Shown here one piece after another: positions 17,591-27,045 of a stretch of DNA of 64,000 bases. Numbering within the stretch: the stretch's first letter is position 1; each line of letters opens with the position of its first letter. Below the pieces are notes generated by a model. It did not search any database, was not told the DNA's origin, and worked only from the letters and a program-made list of their open reading frames with translations. This DNA comes from a bacterium (GTDB lineage Bacteria; Patescibacteriota; Patescibacteriia; SG8-24). The DNA is taken from the NCBI GenBank assembly GCA_021824285.1, contig JAKAKZ010000004.1, positions 225 to 64,224 on the forward strand. The letters run 5' to 3'. Position numbers and translations under genes: made by a program.

Positions 17591-18271
17591 TTACCGCGTT
17601 GGGAGCGGCCCTGTCCGCCGCGCCCGGCGCCAAGCCCATGCCGTGCCCATGAGTGCGAAGACCGCCCCGACCGCAAAGGGCGCGGTGGCCGGCAGGAAGG
17701 CGGCACGGATATCGCGGTCCAGCACCAGCACGGGCTCGTAGACCTCAACCAGGCCGTAAACCGAGCCGTCGACGTTCCGAAGCGGGACGTAAATCTCGGC
17801 CGCAGCGGCGAATTCGCGTTCAGAAACGTGCTCGCTCTTCTTTTCCTCGATGGTCAGCACGATTTCGCCGCCGAACGCCTCCCGGACCTCCTCGTTGTCC
17901 GGAAACTGCTGGCCGATGATTTCGGCCAGATTCGACCAGAGCACGGTCCCGTCTTTTGCCCACACTTTCATGCGGAAAATGCGCGGCGATTGCACCGCGG
18001 AGTAGAGGGCCCGGAACGCCGCTTGAGCCTCGACGGAGTTGGGGGCGGCGAAATGCTCCGGTCGGATGAGGCCGGCAGCGCGCTCCAGGACCACGCCGGC
18101 GACCTCCGTCTTCTCCAGCTCGATGCGCGCGGCGCGACGCTGGGCGTAGTCCCGCGACAGCAGGGCAGCCGCCCCGACGAGAAGCAGGGCGGAAATAACG
18201 GTCAGGATGACGGCAAAACCGAGACGCCGATTCATGGCTATGCTGGTCAGGATGAATACGATTTCATGCAT
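17591..18271 (-). CDS. membrane protein with periplasmic sensor-like domain, paralogous to the sensor domain of the adjacent kinase
   Basis: 226 aa with TM helices at both ends. The central domain is visibly similar to the kinase sensor region (FAAPNSVEAQAAFRALY... versus FTNPDSEEGRRNFLTFL...). Confidence 0.5.
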   Translation of the reverse strand: MHEIVFILTSIAMNRRLGFAVILTVISALLLVGAAALLSRDYAQRRAARIELEKTEVAGVVLERAAGLIRPEHFAAPNSVEAQAAFRALYSAVQSPRIFRMKVWAKDGTVLWSNLAEIIGQQFPDNEEVREAFGGEIVLTIEEKKSEHVSEREFAAAAEIYVPLRNVDGSVYGLVEVYEPVLVLDRDIRAAFLPATAPFAVGAVFALMGTAWAWRRARRTGPLPTR

Positions 18272-18394
18272 TCATTATACCATGCGCCGACATCCAGGGA
18301 CGACCGGTGCGGCCGAACTGCCGACGGCACCGCGGGGTCACTTGTGCCGGGATTCGCCGCCATCAGCGGCGGGTCTGATGCTTCCGAGAAGGTA

Positions 18395-18425
18395 ATAATA
18401 CGAAAATCCGCCTGAGTGGCGGATT
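18395..18425 (-). terminator. rho-independent terminator for 18458..19132
   Basis: aatccgcc-actca-ggcggatt followed by ttcgtattatt on the minus strand. Confidence 0.5.
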
Positions 18426-18457
18426 TATCGCGTGGACATTGACGCGCGCCGGACATC

Positions 18458-19132
18458 CTACCGTCCCGCTTCGACCAGTTTACCGTCCTCGACCTCCAGG
18501 TACTTCGAGGTGCCGACCGAGGGCGAATCGCTCATCGGGGCGCCGGCGGGTCGGTCGGCGAAGTTGGCGATGATGCGCCCGTCGCGGATTTCCGTGGGCT
18601 GCGGCGCGACACGGTCACCGAGCAGGAAGGCCCCGGTCCCCTTGTAACCTTCGACGGTCCAAAGGGCGGCGACGACATAGTAAAACAGTCCGCTGCCGCC
18701 TGCGTCTTCCGTAATGATGAAGGCCGCATCCGGCCGACCATCGCCATCCAGGTCACCGACGGCTTCATTCCCGAAATAGCGGATGACGCGCTTCGTGGCC
18801 GCGCCCGGTTCGAGCTCCTGCTCGAAAACCCCGTCCCGCATCGTGACGACCCCATCGCCCATCGTGAACGTCAGGTTCTTCAGCTGCGCGTAAAGCTCGG
18901 CCGACGCGGTTTCGCACTTCTCCTCCCAAATGCGCAGGCATTTCTGTTTTGCCTCGCACCAGGTGTAGCCGGCGGAGCCGATGCAGCCGTGGGCGTCACG
19001 GTCGCCGCCAACAAGAGGGGCGTCCGATCCGCCGCAACCGACGCCGGCAAGGGCCAGAAAGACGGACGAGAGCAGAAGGGTTTTTGCGGCAGTGCGCATA
19101 GCTCCGATGGTTACGTTATTATTTTCTATCAT
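18458..19132 (-). CDS. secreted lipoprotein with DGDGRPD (FG-GAP/VCBS-like) motif
   Basis: Signal plus lipobox (FLALAGVGCGG) and an N-terminal Cys cluster. Confidence 0.55.
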   Translation of the reverse strand: MIENNNVTIGAMRTAAKTLLLSSVFLALAGVGCGGSDAPLVGGDRDAHGCIGSAGYTWCEAKQKCLRIWEEKCETASAELYAQLKNLTFTMGDGVVTMRDGVFEQELEPGAATKRVIRYFGNEAVGDLDGDGRPDAAFIITEDAGGSGLFYYVVAALWTVEGYKGTGAFLLGDRVAPQPTEIRDGRIIANFADRPAGAPMSDSPSVGTSKYLEVEDGKLVEAGR

Positions 19133-19207
19133 ACGCCGTTCCGCTAAATGGCGCTAATGGGACGAAAAAGGGATCCGGTCGGATCCCTCTTCCGCAAAAG
19201 CGTGCGT

Positions 19208-19315
19208 TTAGCGGCGTTTCTTGCCGCCCTTCTTCGCCTTCTTCGCGCGCTTCGCCTTCTTCGCCGGCTTGCGCTTGGCGAGCTTCTTCGCCTTCTTCTT
19301 CAGCTTCTTGGCCAT
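19208..19315 (-). CDS. possible 35-aa Lys/Ala-rich basic mini-protein (MAKKLKKKAKKLAKRKPAKKAKRAKKAKKGGKKRR)
   Basis: Read from the (aag)n-rich stretch. The track frame 19119..19340 is a low-complexity Glu-rich alternative. No clear RBS. Uncertain. Confidence 0.2.
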   Translation of the reverse strand: MAKKLKKKAKKLAKRKPAKKAKRAKKAKKGGKKRR

Positions 19316-19700
19316 ATGCGTAGATAGTTATTTTTTTCAATAATTAACCCTCGACCTTTGATTCCGGGCCGCGACTAAGACAAAAACCCGCGGCCGAAAT
19401 TTTCTGAATTCAACATAACATGAGTCCGCCGCGAGACACAATGCTTTTTTGTGGACAAGTGCCGATCCGACGCGACCGACCAGCGCCGCACCGCCTCCCG
19501 TTGCGTCGGCGCGGCTGCCATAAAATGAAAATTTGTTCAATTAAAGGGATTGCGCCGAAATCCCGAAGGCCGGAAGGCGCGCGCCGTGCTCGACGGACAG
19601 GACCATCGGTCTCCAGGACCGCCGACAGCCGCGTCACCGCCTTGACCCGAACCGTTTTTTCCGCTATGGTGGCGGCGCACTTTGAGATCAGGAGGACGCA

Positions 19701-20432
19701 TTGCGCCCGACCCAGACCCACGCCGTCGTGTTCGATTTCGACGGTACGCTGTTGCCGAAAACCCTGGCTTCCGCCATGCGCATCATCGAGCTCAAGCTCT
19801 ACTCGCCGGCGAGCCTGACCCGAGTGGATAGGCACGTCGCCCGGCATAAGGACAGTATCGTGAACGGCACCATCACGCCGCACGATTCCGAGCAGGGCTG
19901 GCGTTTCACGCACGACCTCTACGCCCGCGAAGGCGTGACGCTCGGCCGCGTACGGAAGGCGCTCCGTGACGCGCGGCTGCGCGACGGCGCGGCGGACTGC
20001 CTGCGTCTGCTCCGGCGGCGCGGCATCCCGACGGCCATCATCTCCTGCGGCGTCGCGGCGTTAATCCCGCCCATCCTCGAAGCCAACGGCGTGGCCGATT
20101 GCGTGACCGCGATCTACGCGACGCGTATCGGCTTCGACCGGCGGAGCGGCGCCCTGCTCCCCTACGAGCCGCACCGCCACGTGAGCGCCAAGGACAAGGG
20201 CAACCTCTCCCGGGAGTTCGCCGCGCGGCACGGCGTGGCGCCCGCCAACCTGCTCGCCGTGGGCGACTCGCGCGGCGACCGCAAGCTGGGGCACCTGAAG
20301 AAAAACCGCCTGGGCCTGGCCGCCGACGCCGATGAGGCCGCCCTGCTCGCCCCGTTCATGGGCTGCGTACTCGTCACGAAAAGCTTCCGGCCGGTCACGG
20401 ACTGGCTCCTCAAGAAACTCAAATCCGCCTAG
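19701..20432 (+). CDS. HAD-superfamily hydrolase
   Basis: TTG start 6 nt after AGGAGG. Motif I VVFDFDGTL, then a conserved Ser/Thr, then a C-terminal GD..D. Confidence 0.7.
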   Translation: MRPTQTHAVVFDFDGTLLPKTLASAMRIIELKLYSPASLTRVDRHVARHKDSIVNGTITPHDSEQGWRFTHDLYAREGVTLGRVRKALRDARLRDGAADCLRLLRRRGIPTAIISCGVAALIPPILEANGVADCVTAIYATRIGFDRRSGALLPYEPHRHVSAKDKGNLSREFAARHGVAPANLLAVGDSRGDRKLGHLKKNRLGLAADADEAALLAPFMGCVLVTKSFRPVTDWLLKKLKSA

Positions 20433-20465
20433 TCAGGCGGATTTTTTCGTTCGTCATCCGGCGCC

Positions 20466-20816
20466 TTAGTGCGGGAACAGGAATTCGCCGGCAATCATTA
20501 AAATCCAAAAAGCGGCGATGAAAATCGAGGGAATCAGCCCGAGCCACATGGCCCAAGACCGCTCCCCGGCGCGGTAGGCGCGGACCGAGACGATGAGCGC
20601 GGCGATAGAGAGCCCCAAGACTCCGAAACCGAACAGGAAACCGACCGCGCGTCCGGCGGTCTCGCCGACTAAACCGTCCACGAACGGCCGACCCACGGCC
20701 GCAAAAACGCCGAGCGCCGGCGGGATAAAGAAGGACGCCAACCCGAAACCGCATGCCCACCAGCCGATGTCGGTCTTTGGATGTTCTCGGAAACGGCTGA
20801 TGACGGTCTGCGACAT
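20466..20816 (-). CDS. hypothetical integral membrane protein (4 TM)
   Basis: 116 aa, highly hydrophobic. Confidence 0.5.
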   Translation of the reverse strand: MSQTVISRFREHPKTDIGWWACGFGLASFFIPPALGVFAAVGRPFVDGLVGETAGRAVGFLFGFGVLGLSIAALIVSVRAYRAGERSWAMWLGLIPSIFIAAFWILMIAGEFLFPH

Positions 20817-20830
20817 GGGAATGCGGGACT

Positions 20831-21736
20831 TTATTTGATTGCGCCTTTCTTCACGAATGTCCCGGCTTCGTATTCGGCGAAGGCCTGCCGGATTTCCGCT
20901 TCGGTGTTCATGACGATAGGACCGTACCAGGAAATCGGCTCGCCGAGCGGGCGGCCGGAAACCAGCAGGACGCGGGCGCCGACCGGACCGGCGGTGAATC
21001 GCACGCCCTCCCCTGCCCCGAAGTGGACCACGTGGTCGGCGGTAATGTCCGTCGCGCCGACACCTAAATCAACCGCGCCCTCGGCCACATAGGCGAAAGC
21101 GTTGCGGTCGGCGGGAATATCGTGCGTGAAACCAGCGCCCGCCGGCAGCAGGACATCGAGATATTCCGGCCGCACGGCGAGATCTTCGACCGGACCGGTA
21201 ACGCCGCGGTAGGAGCCGCAGATGACCTTCACTTTTACGCCGCCGTCGGAGGCGACCTCCGGGACCGCGGACGCGCGGATGTCCTGGTAGCGCGGATCGG
21301 CCATCTTGTCCTTGGCCGGCAGGTTCACCCAGAGCTGGAAGCCGCGCATCCGGCCCTCGAACACCTCGGGCATCTCCTCGTGGATGATGCCGCTGCCGGC
21401 GGTCATCCACTGGATATCGCCCGAACCGATGGTGCCTGAATTGCCGAGGCTGTCCTTGTGCCGCACGCTGCCCGCGAAGACGTAGGTCACGGTCTCAATG
21501 CCGCGGTGCGGATGCCACGGGAACCCGAGCAGGTAGTCGCGCGGATCATCGGACCCGAAGTCGTCGAGCAGGAGAAACGGATCGTATTTCGGCACTTCGT
21601 AATAACCGAACGCACGGTGCAGGTGCACGCCCGCGCCTTCGATGGTCGGCTTACTCGCGGCGATATGGTCGACGGGACGGAAGTTCATGGGCCGGAAAGT
21701 GAATTGCATTTTGAGGATATCATCTGGGAGGCACAT
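20831..21736 (-). CDS. pirin-family cupin protein
   Basis: 301 aa with the HPHRGIETVTYV metal-binding motif and a bicupin layout. Confidence 0.85.
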   Translation of the reverse strand: MCLPDDILKMQFTFRPMNFRPVDHIAASKPTIEGAGVHLHRAFGYYEVPKYDPFLLLDDFGSDDPRDYLLGFPWHPHRGIETVTYVFAGSVRHKDSLGNSGTIGSGDIQWMTAGSGIIHEEMPEVFEGRMRGFQLWVNLPAKDKMADPRYQDIRASAVPEVASDGGVKVKVICGSYRGVTGPVEDLAVRPEYLDVLLPAGAGFTHDIPADRNAFAYVAEGAVDLGVGATDITADHVVHFGAGEGVRFTAGPVGARVLLVSGRPLGEPISWYGPIVMNTEAEIRQAFAEYEAGTFVKKGAIK

Positions 21737-21802
21737 CGGAGAATACGCCGGTCACCTGAAACGAAACCGCCTCGGATTGCCGAGGCGGTCAGCCTTATGG
21801 AT

Positions 21803-24214
21803 TTAGGCGCGGCGCACCGCACCGAACTTCTTGGCGAGCTCGTCCATGATGCCGTTCACCGCCGCGTCGCATTCCTCGGCCGTCAGCGTCCGTTCGGGAT
21901 GGGCGAAGGTCAGGTGCAGGGCCAGGCTCTTGCTGCCGTGGTCCACGCCTTTGCCGCGATAGACGTCGAAAAGCTCGGCATCGACGAGAAGCGGCGCGGC
22001 GCCGCGGATGGCCGCGAGCGTCTCGGCGTACTCGATGCGCTCCGGCACGATGAAGGCCAGGTCGCGCAGGACCGGCGGATAGAGCGGCACAGGCACGTAG
22101 CGGAGCGCGGGCTTGAGGAGCGCGACGAGCGCGGCGACATCCAGATCGAGCGCGGCCGCGCGCACGTCCAGGCCGAACTTCTGGCTGATGGTCGGGTGGA
22201 TTTCCCCCACCGTGCCGACGACCTCGCCGTTCAGGAGCACGCGGGCACTGCGGCCCGGATGCCAGTGCCGATCGTCAGACACGCGCTCCAGAGACAGATC
22301 GCCGGATGCCGGCGGGACGAGCGCTTCAAGCAGTCCCTTCACCTCGCGGAAAAGCGAATCATCGGACGTGCGGCCGTAAGCCACTGCCAAGACGCGCGGC
22401 TTCTCCTCGGGCAGACCCTTGTCGCGCTTCAGGTAGGTCTGGCTGACCTCGAAGACGCGGCCATCCGGGAAGAGACCCTGATTCTGGCTCAAGGTGGAGA
22501 GCGTGGACGGGATAAGCGACGGTCGCATGAACTCGAAGTCTGACGAGAGCGGGTTGGCGATGCGCAAGGCGCCGTCCGGCGAGAAGCCGTAGCGCTCCAG
22601 CTGGTCGCGCGAAATCATCGAGTACTGCAGGAGCTCGGTGTAGCCGGCCGCGCGCAGGAAGTCGCGCAAGCGGTCCTCGAGCGCCAGCACCGGATCGGCC
22701 GGCGCGAGCGGCAGGGTACCCGTCGGCATCTCGGAAGGCAGGTTGTGGTAGCCGTAGATGCGGGCGATCTCCTCGGCGAAGTCACGCTCGTCCTCGATGT
22801 CGCGGACGCGCCAATAAGGCACCGTGACCTCGAAGCGCTGGCTCTTGCCCGCGCCTTTCGGCGTGACGCCGAAGCCGAGCGACTTGAGGATGCCGACCAT
22901 CTCCTTTTTCGGCAGTTGCACGCCGATGAGCTCGGCGGCCTTCTCCGGGCGGAACTGGAACTTGTCCTTGTGGGCCGGAGCGTGGTCGAGATCGACGAGC
23001 GGACTCGCGACACGGCCGCAGGCGACCTTCTGGCAGAGCTCCACGGCGCGCGCGAGCGCGGCGCGGGTCAGCTCCTCGGGCAGGCCCTTCTCGTAGCGGA
23101 GCGAGGAATCGGAATGCAGGTTGAGCGCGCGGGCCGTGCGGCGCACGGACACTGGATCGAAGGTCGCGCACTCGAAGACGATGGTCGTGGTCTTGTCGGT
23201 GACACCGGAATCCTCGCCGCCCATGACGCCGGCGACCGCGACCGGACGGGCGGCATCCGCGATGACCACATGCGCCGCGGCCAGCTCACGCTCCACGCCG
23301 TCGAGCGTCGTGATCCTCTCCCCCGCTTTGGCGTGGCGCACCGTGATGGTGCGGTCCTGCAGCTTCTCGTAGTCGAAGGCGTGCATCGGCTGGCCGTACT
23401 CGAGCATCACGTAATTGGTGATGTCCACGACCGTATTGATGGGCCGGATGCCGGCCATGCGCAGGCGGCTCTTCAGCCACCACGGCGACGGCGTGACACA
23501 CACGTTGTCCATGACCACGGCCAGGTACTTGGTGCAGACCTCCGGTGCCTGGTCCTTGACCGTGAGCGGCAGGACACGGACGGATTTGGACGGTGTCGGG
23601 ATGACGCCTTCGCGCCAGAGGAACTTGCCGCCGAGGATGGCCGCGGCCTCGCGCGCCAGACCGATCATGCTGAAGGCGTCAGGGCGGTTCGTCGTCACTT
23701 CTATATCAAAAACCGTGTCTTCGAGGTCCAAAGCCTTGGCGAGCGGCGTGCCGGGCTTGGATTTGCACCACGAAAGGTCGAGGATCTCCTTCTCCTCGTG
23801 CGGAAAAGCGTCCGCCAGGCCGATTTCGTTGGCGCCGCAGATCATGCCCGCGGACTTGAGGCCGCGGATTTCGGCTGGCTGCAGTTCGACGAGGTCGCCC
23901 TGCCCATGCCAGCGGACCTTGGCGCCGACAAGCGCCACCGCCACCTTCATGCCCACGTTCAGGTTGCTGCCGCCGCAGACAATCTGCGCGACCTCGCCGC
24001 CGATGTCGGTCATGGCGAGGCGCAGCTTGTCCGCGTTCGGGTGCGGCTTGACCTCGACGATGCAGCCGACGACCATGCGGTCGAACGGCGGTGCCTGCGG
24101 ATAGAGACGCTCCACGCCCGGACCGCACAGCGAAACCTTGCGCGCGAACTGTTCGGCGGTCTCCTTCAGGCTGACGAATTCCTTGATCCACTGGTAGGGG
24201 GCGAGGAGGTTCAT
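21803..24214 (-). CDS. pheT: phenylalanine--tRNA ligase beta subunit
   Basis: 803 aa with a tRNA-binding N-domain, B3/B4 and B5 domains, and a C-terminal anticodon-binding region. Confidence 0.95.
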   Translation of the reverse strand: MNLLAPYQWIKEFVSLKETAEQFARKVSLCGPGVERLYPQAPPFDRMVVGCIVEVKPHPNADKLRLAMTDIGGEVAQIVCGGSNLNVGMKVAVALVGAKVRWHGQGDLVELQPAEIRGLKSAGMICGANEIGLADAFPHEEKEILDLSWCKSKPGTPLAKALDLEDTVFDIEVTTNRPDAFSMIGLAREAAAILGGKFLWREGVIPTPSKSVRVLPLTVKDQAPEVCTKYLAVVMDNVCVTPSPWWLKSRLRMAGIRPINTVVDITNYVMLEYGQPMHAFDYEKLQDRTITVRHAKAGERITTLDGVERELAAAHVVIADAARPVAVAGVMGGEDSGVTDKTTTIVFECATFDPVSVRRTARALNLHSDSSLRYEKGLPEELTRAALARAVELCQKVACGRVASPLVDLDHAPAHKDKFQFRPEKAAELIGVQLPKKEMVGILKSLGFGVTPKGAGKSQRFEVTVPYWRVRDIEDERDFAEEIARIYGYHNLPSEMPTGTLPLAPADPVLALEDRLRDFLRAAGYTELLQYSMISRDQLERYGFSPDGALRIANPLSSDFEFMRPSLIPSTLSTLSQNQGLFPDGRVFEVSQTYLKRDKGLPEEKPRVLAVAYGRTSDDSLFREVKGLLEALVPPASGDLSLERVSDDRHWHPGRSARVLLNGEVVGTVGEIHPTISQKFGLDVRAAALDLDVAALVALLKPALRYVPVPLYPPVLRDLAFIVPERIEYAETLAAIRGAAPLLVDAELFDVYRGKGVDHGSKSLALHLTFAHPERTLTAEECDAAVNGIMDELAKKFGAVRRA

Positions 24215-24225
24215 ATATGTTGGTT

Positions 24226-24366
24226 AGTTGAGAGTTCGAAGTTGATAGTTGAAAGTTCCGAATCGCAGATGACTTTCAACTTTTCCCGCCTCTTTAGGCG
24301 GGACCCCGCCTTCTTTGACTAAAGATAGGGGGCGGGGCAACTACGAACTTTCAACTGCCCGACGGC
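24226..24366. repeat. composite dispersed repeat: AT-rich IR flanks plus a two-hairpin CCCCGCC core (family A)
   Basis: gttgagagtt..gttgatagttgaaagtt / actttcaact around the core tcccgcc-tcttta-ggcggga ccccgcc-(loop)-ggcgggg at 24284-24347. Near-identical to the 25833-25975 copy. Confidence 0.6.
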
Positions 24367-24716
24367 GGAGCGGGCGGCATGGGCGGCTGGACACCGCCGA
24401 TATTCGGTCGTTTGACCATGAAATAATAGAGCAGCCCGGACAGCCAATGAAAGCCGAAAAACAGGCTGACGATCAGGGCCACCACCCAGGTGTTCTTTTC
24501 CGGCCACTCGCGTTTGAGGCAGTCGACCAGCATGAACACCCAGAAGACGAGCAGGGCGACGTTCAGAACCACGATGAAGAGCAGAAACAGCAGCAGGCCG
24601 CCCATGATGCCGGCACCGGCGGCGGCCGGAACGGCGTTGGTCAGGTCCACGGTCTGAGCGAATGCGGCCGTCGGCAGCAGGGAGAGGGCCGCGGCGAGGG
24701 CGAACTTGGTTCTCAT
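24351..24716 (-). CDS. hypothetical secreted/membrane protein
   Basis: 121 aa with a signal peptide and two TM helices. The 3' end overlaps the repeat flank. Confidence 0.5.
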   Translation of the reverse strand: MRTKFALAAALSLLPTAAFAQTVDLTNAVPAAAGAGIMGGLLLFLLFIVVLNVALLVFWVFMLVDCLKREWPEKNTWVVALIVSLFFGFHWLSGLLYYFMVKRPNIGGVQPPMPPAPPSGS

Positions 24717-24763
24717 ATGATCGGAAGCTCCAAGCTTTCAGCTTCAAGCTCCAAACTACGTGA

Positions 24764-25825
24764 TTAGAATTGTCTCAAGAACCGGAAATCATTCCGGTAA
24801 AGTTCACGGATGTCGTCGAGCCGCACGCCCGACTTCATCATCATGGTACGCTCCACGCCCCAGCCGAAGGCCAAGGCGCTCCACTCGTCCGGATCCAAGC
24901 CGCCGGCCTTGAGCACGTTGGGGTGCAGCATGCCGGCGCCGCCGAGCTCCAGCCAGCCCTCCTTGCAGAGCCGGCATTTGGCGCCGCTCGCCACGATTCC
25001 CGTACCGCCGCAGACGCCGCAGCTCACGTCGATCTCGAAACTCGGCTCGGTGAAGCGGAAGTGGAACGGGCGCAGGCGCGTCCGGCGGTCGGGACCGAAG
25101 AACTCCTGGGCGAAACGGTCGAGCACGCCCTTGAGGTTCGTGACCGCGATGCCCTTGTCGATGAGCAGGCCCTCGAACTGGTGGAACATCGGGACGTGCG
25201 ACACGTCGATCTGGCGGCGGTAGGTCTTGGAGATGTTGATCATGCGCACCGGCAGGCGGCCCTTCTGGATCTCGCGCACGTCGCCCGAGGTCGTGTGCGG
25301 CGTGAGCACCATCTTGCCGAGCTTGGCGTCCGGCGACGCATCCATGAAGAAGGTCTCCCACTCGTCGCGGGCCGGATGGTCGCCCGGCATGTTGAGCGAC
25401 TCGAAGGCGAACCAGTCCCATTCCACCTCCGGATGGCGCACGCGGGTGAAACCCATGCCGGCGAAGATGCCGGTGATCTCGCGGATGGCCTGGCTCGTCA
25501 GGTGCAGATGGCCCTCCGGCGGACGCTCCCCCGGCACGGTGACGTCGATCCATTCGGTCTCGGCCACGGCGGCCGCGGCGCGAGCGGCGAAGGCCGCGCG
25601 GGCCTCCATGAAAATGCCTTCAATCGTCTTCTTGGCCTCGTTGGCGCGCTGGCCGAACGTGCGCCGGTCCTCCGGCGGCAACGCGCCCAGGCTCTTCATG
25701 AACTGGGAAAACTCGCTCTTGCGGCCGAGATACTCGATCTCCAGCTCTTCGAGCACCTTCAGGTCGCCGACCTGGGCGACCGCGGCCTTGGCCTTTTCGA
25801 TCAGTTCTTCGAGTTTGTTGTGCAT
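24764..25825 (-). CDS. pheS: phenylalanine--tRNA ligase alpha subunit
   Basis: 353 aa with class II motifs (GDHPARDEWETFF, GWGVERTMM). Confidence 0.95.
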   Translation of the reverse strand: MHNKLEELIEKAKAAVAQVGDLKVLEELEIEYLGRKSEFSQFMKSLGALPPEDRRTFGQRANEAKKTIEGIFMEARAAFAARAAAAVAETEWIDVTVPGERPPEGHLHLTSQAIREITGIFAGMGFTRVRHPEVEWDWFAFESLNMPGDHPARDEWETFFMDASPDAKLGKMVLTPHTTSGDVREIQKGRLPVRMINISKTYRRQIDVSHVPMFHQFEGLLIDKGIAVTNLKGVLDRFAQEFFGPDRRTRLRPFHFRFTEPSFEIDVSCGVCGGTGIVASGAKCRLCKEGWLELGGAGMLHPNVLKAGGLDPDEWSALAFGWGVERTMMMKSGVRLDDIRELYRNDFRFLRQF

Positions 25826-25832
25826 ATCGGCG

Positions 25833-25975
25833 GTTGAAAGTTGAGTGTTGGAAGTTGAGAGTTCCGGTCGATTGTTGAAAACAATAAACTTTTCACTTTT
25901 CCCGCCATTTGGGCGGGACCCCGCCTTCTTTAACTAAAGATAAGTGGCGGGGCAACCCTCAACTCTCAACTTCCC
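25833..25975. repeat. composite dispersed repeat (family A) immediately upstream of pheS
   Basis: gttgaaagttgagtgttggaagttgagagtt ... tcccgcc-atttg-ggcggga ccccgcc-ttctttaactaaagataagtg-gcgggg ... caaccctcaactctcaacttcc. Confidence 0.6.
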
Positions 25976-27045
25976 GCAAAACGGACGATGTCCTGATAGG
26001 TGACGGCGAGGATGAGCAGGAGCAGGACGGCAAAACCGATGTTGTGGACCACGGCCTCAAAACGCCGGTCCAGCGCGCGGCCACGGACCGCCTCCACCGC
26101 CAGGAAAAAGACGCGGCCGCCGTCGAGCGCCGGAAACGGCAGGATGTTGATGACCGCCAAGTTGACCGAAAGGAGCGCGGTGAACTGGAGCAGGTAGCGG
26201 AAGCCGAGTTTGGCCACTTCCGAAGTCACGACCGCGATGCCCACCGGTCCCGAGAATTCCGCGGTGACCTCGTGCCGCACGAACAGGTCGCGAATGAAAC
26301 CGGCGAACGTGCCGACAATCTCGCTCACGAAGGACCAAGTCGCGCCGAGCCCCTGGATTGGCGCCAGATAGAACGGATATGACACCACGGCCGTGGTCAT
26401 GAGCGCGACGCCGATGCCGGGGCGCCCGGTTTCGGCGAGCGTCACGGGCGTGAGCGGCACGGAAAGCAGCTTGCCGTCGCGCTCAACGGACATGCTCACG
26501 GAACTGCCGTCATGCTCCGCCGTGTACTGGCGCAGGAATTCGATATCTTTGACTTCCTGGCCGTCGACCGAGCGCACGGCATCGCCGGACCGGAGACCGG
26601 CGCGGTCAGCCGGCGAACCGGTCAGCACCGAACCGACGCGGATGCGCACTTCGGAAAGCCGGGCGTAGGCCGGCGGCTCGTCGATGACTTGCGGCAGTCC
26701 GACCATGTAGCCGACCGAGAGCAGGAACCACGCCAGAACCAGGTTCATAAACACGCCGGCGCAAAGGATCAGTGCCTTCTGCCAACGCGGTTTAGCGGCA
26801 TAGGAATCCGGATCCGAGGCGTGCTCGCCGAGCTCGCCCTTGATGCGCACGTAACCGCCGAGCGGCACCCAGTTCACGGCGTAGAGCGTCTTACCGCGCT
26901 TCAGGCCGAAAATCCGCGGCGGAAAGCCGAAAGCGAACTCCTCCACGTGCACGCCGCAGCGGCGCGCCATGGCAAAATGCCCGTACTCGTGCACCAGCAC
27001 GAGTACGGAGAGGACGGCGACGAAAATCAGGATAGTGGTAATCAT
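25966..27045 (-). CDS. rseP: site-2 (RIP) zinc metalloprotease RseP, M50 family
   Basis: HEYGH zinc motif in TM1, PDZ domain, and LDG motif. Confidence 0.85.
   Translation of the reverse strand: MITTILIFVAVLSVLVLVHEYGHFAMARRCGVHVEEFAFGFPPRIFGLKRGKTLYAVNWVPLGGYVRIKGELGEHASDPDSYAAKPRWQKALILCAGVFMNLVLAWFLLSVGYMVGLPQVIDEPPAYARLSEVRIRVGSVLTGSPADRAGLRSGDAVRSVDGQEVKDIEFLRQYTAEHDGSSVSMSVERDGKLLSVPLTPVTLAETGRPGIGVALMTTAVVSYPFYLAPIQGLGATWSFVSEIVGTFAGFIRDLFVRHEVTAEFSGPVGIAVVTSEVAKLGFRYLLQFTALLSVNLAVINILPFPALDGGRVFFLAVEAVRGRALDRRFEAVVHNIGFAVLLLLILAVTYQDIVRFAGS

Noticed and set aside
17587-17748. N-terminal extension of the histidine kinase ORF
   Set aside because: Arg/Gly-rich stretch preceding a Met that is followed by a proper TM helix. 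It also overlaps the upstream gene, so the start was moved to 17586.
19119-19340. 73-aa Glu-rich ORF from the track
   Set aside because: Low-complexity translation of an (aag/ctt)n-rich segment. The alternative Lys-rich frame is listed only as a low-confidence feature. Neither has an RBS.
24770-25837. 355-aa plus-strand ORF
   Set aside because: Antisense to pheS, low-complexity Arg/Ala/Gly-rich product. The same reasoning applies to 22745..24322 (antisense pheT), 57411..59675, 54840..56018, 61128..62576, 62598..63512 (antisense giant gene), 52330..54183 and 50418..51098 (antisense T4SS genes), 13694..15064 and 37051..39087.
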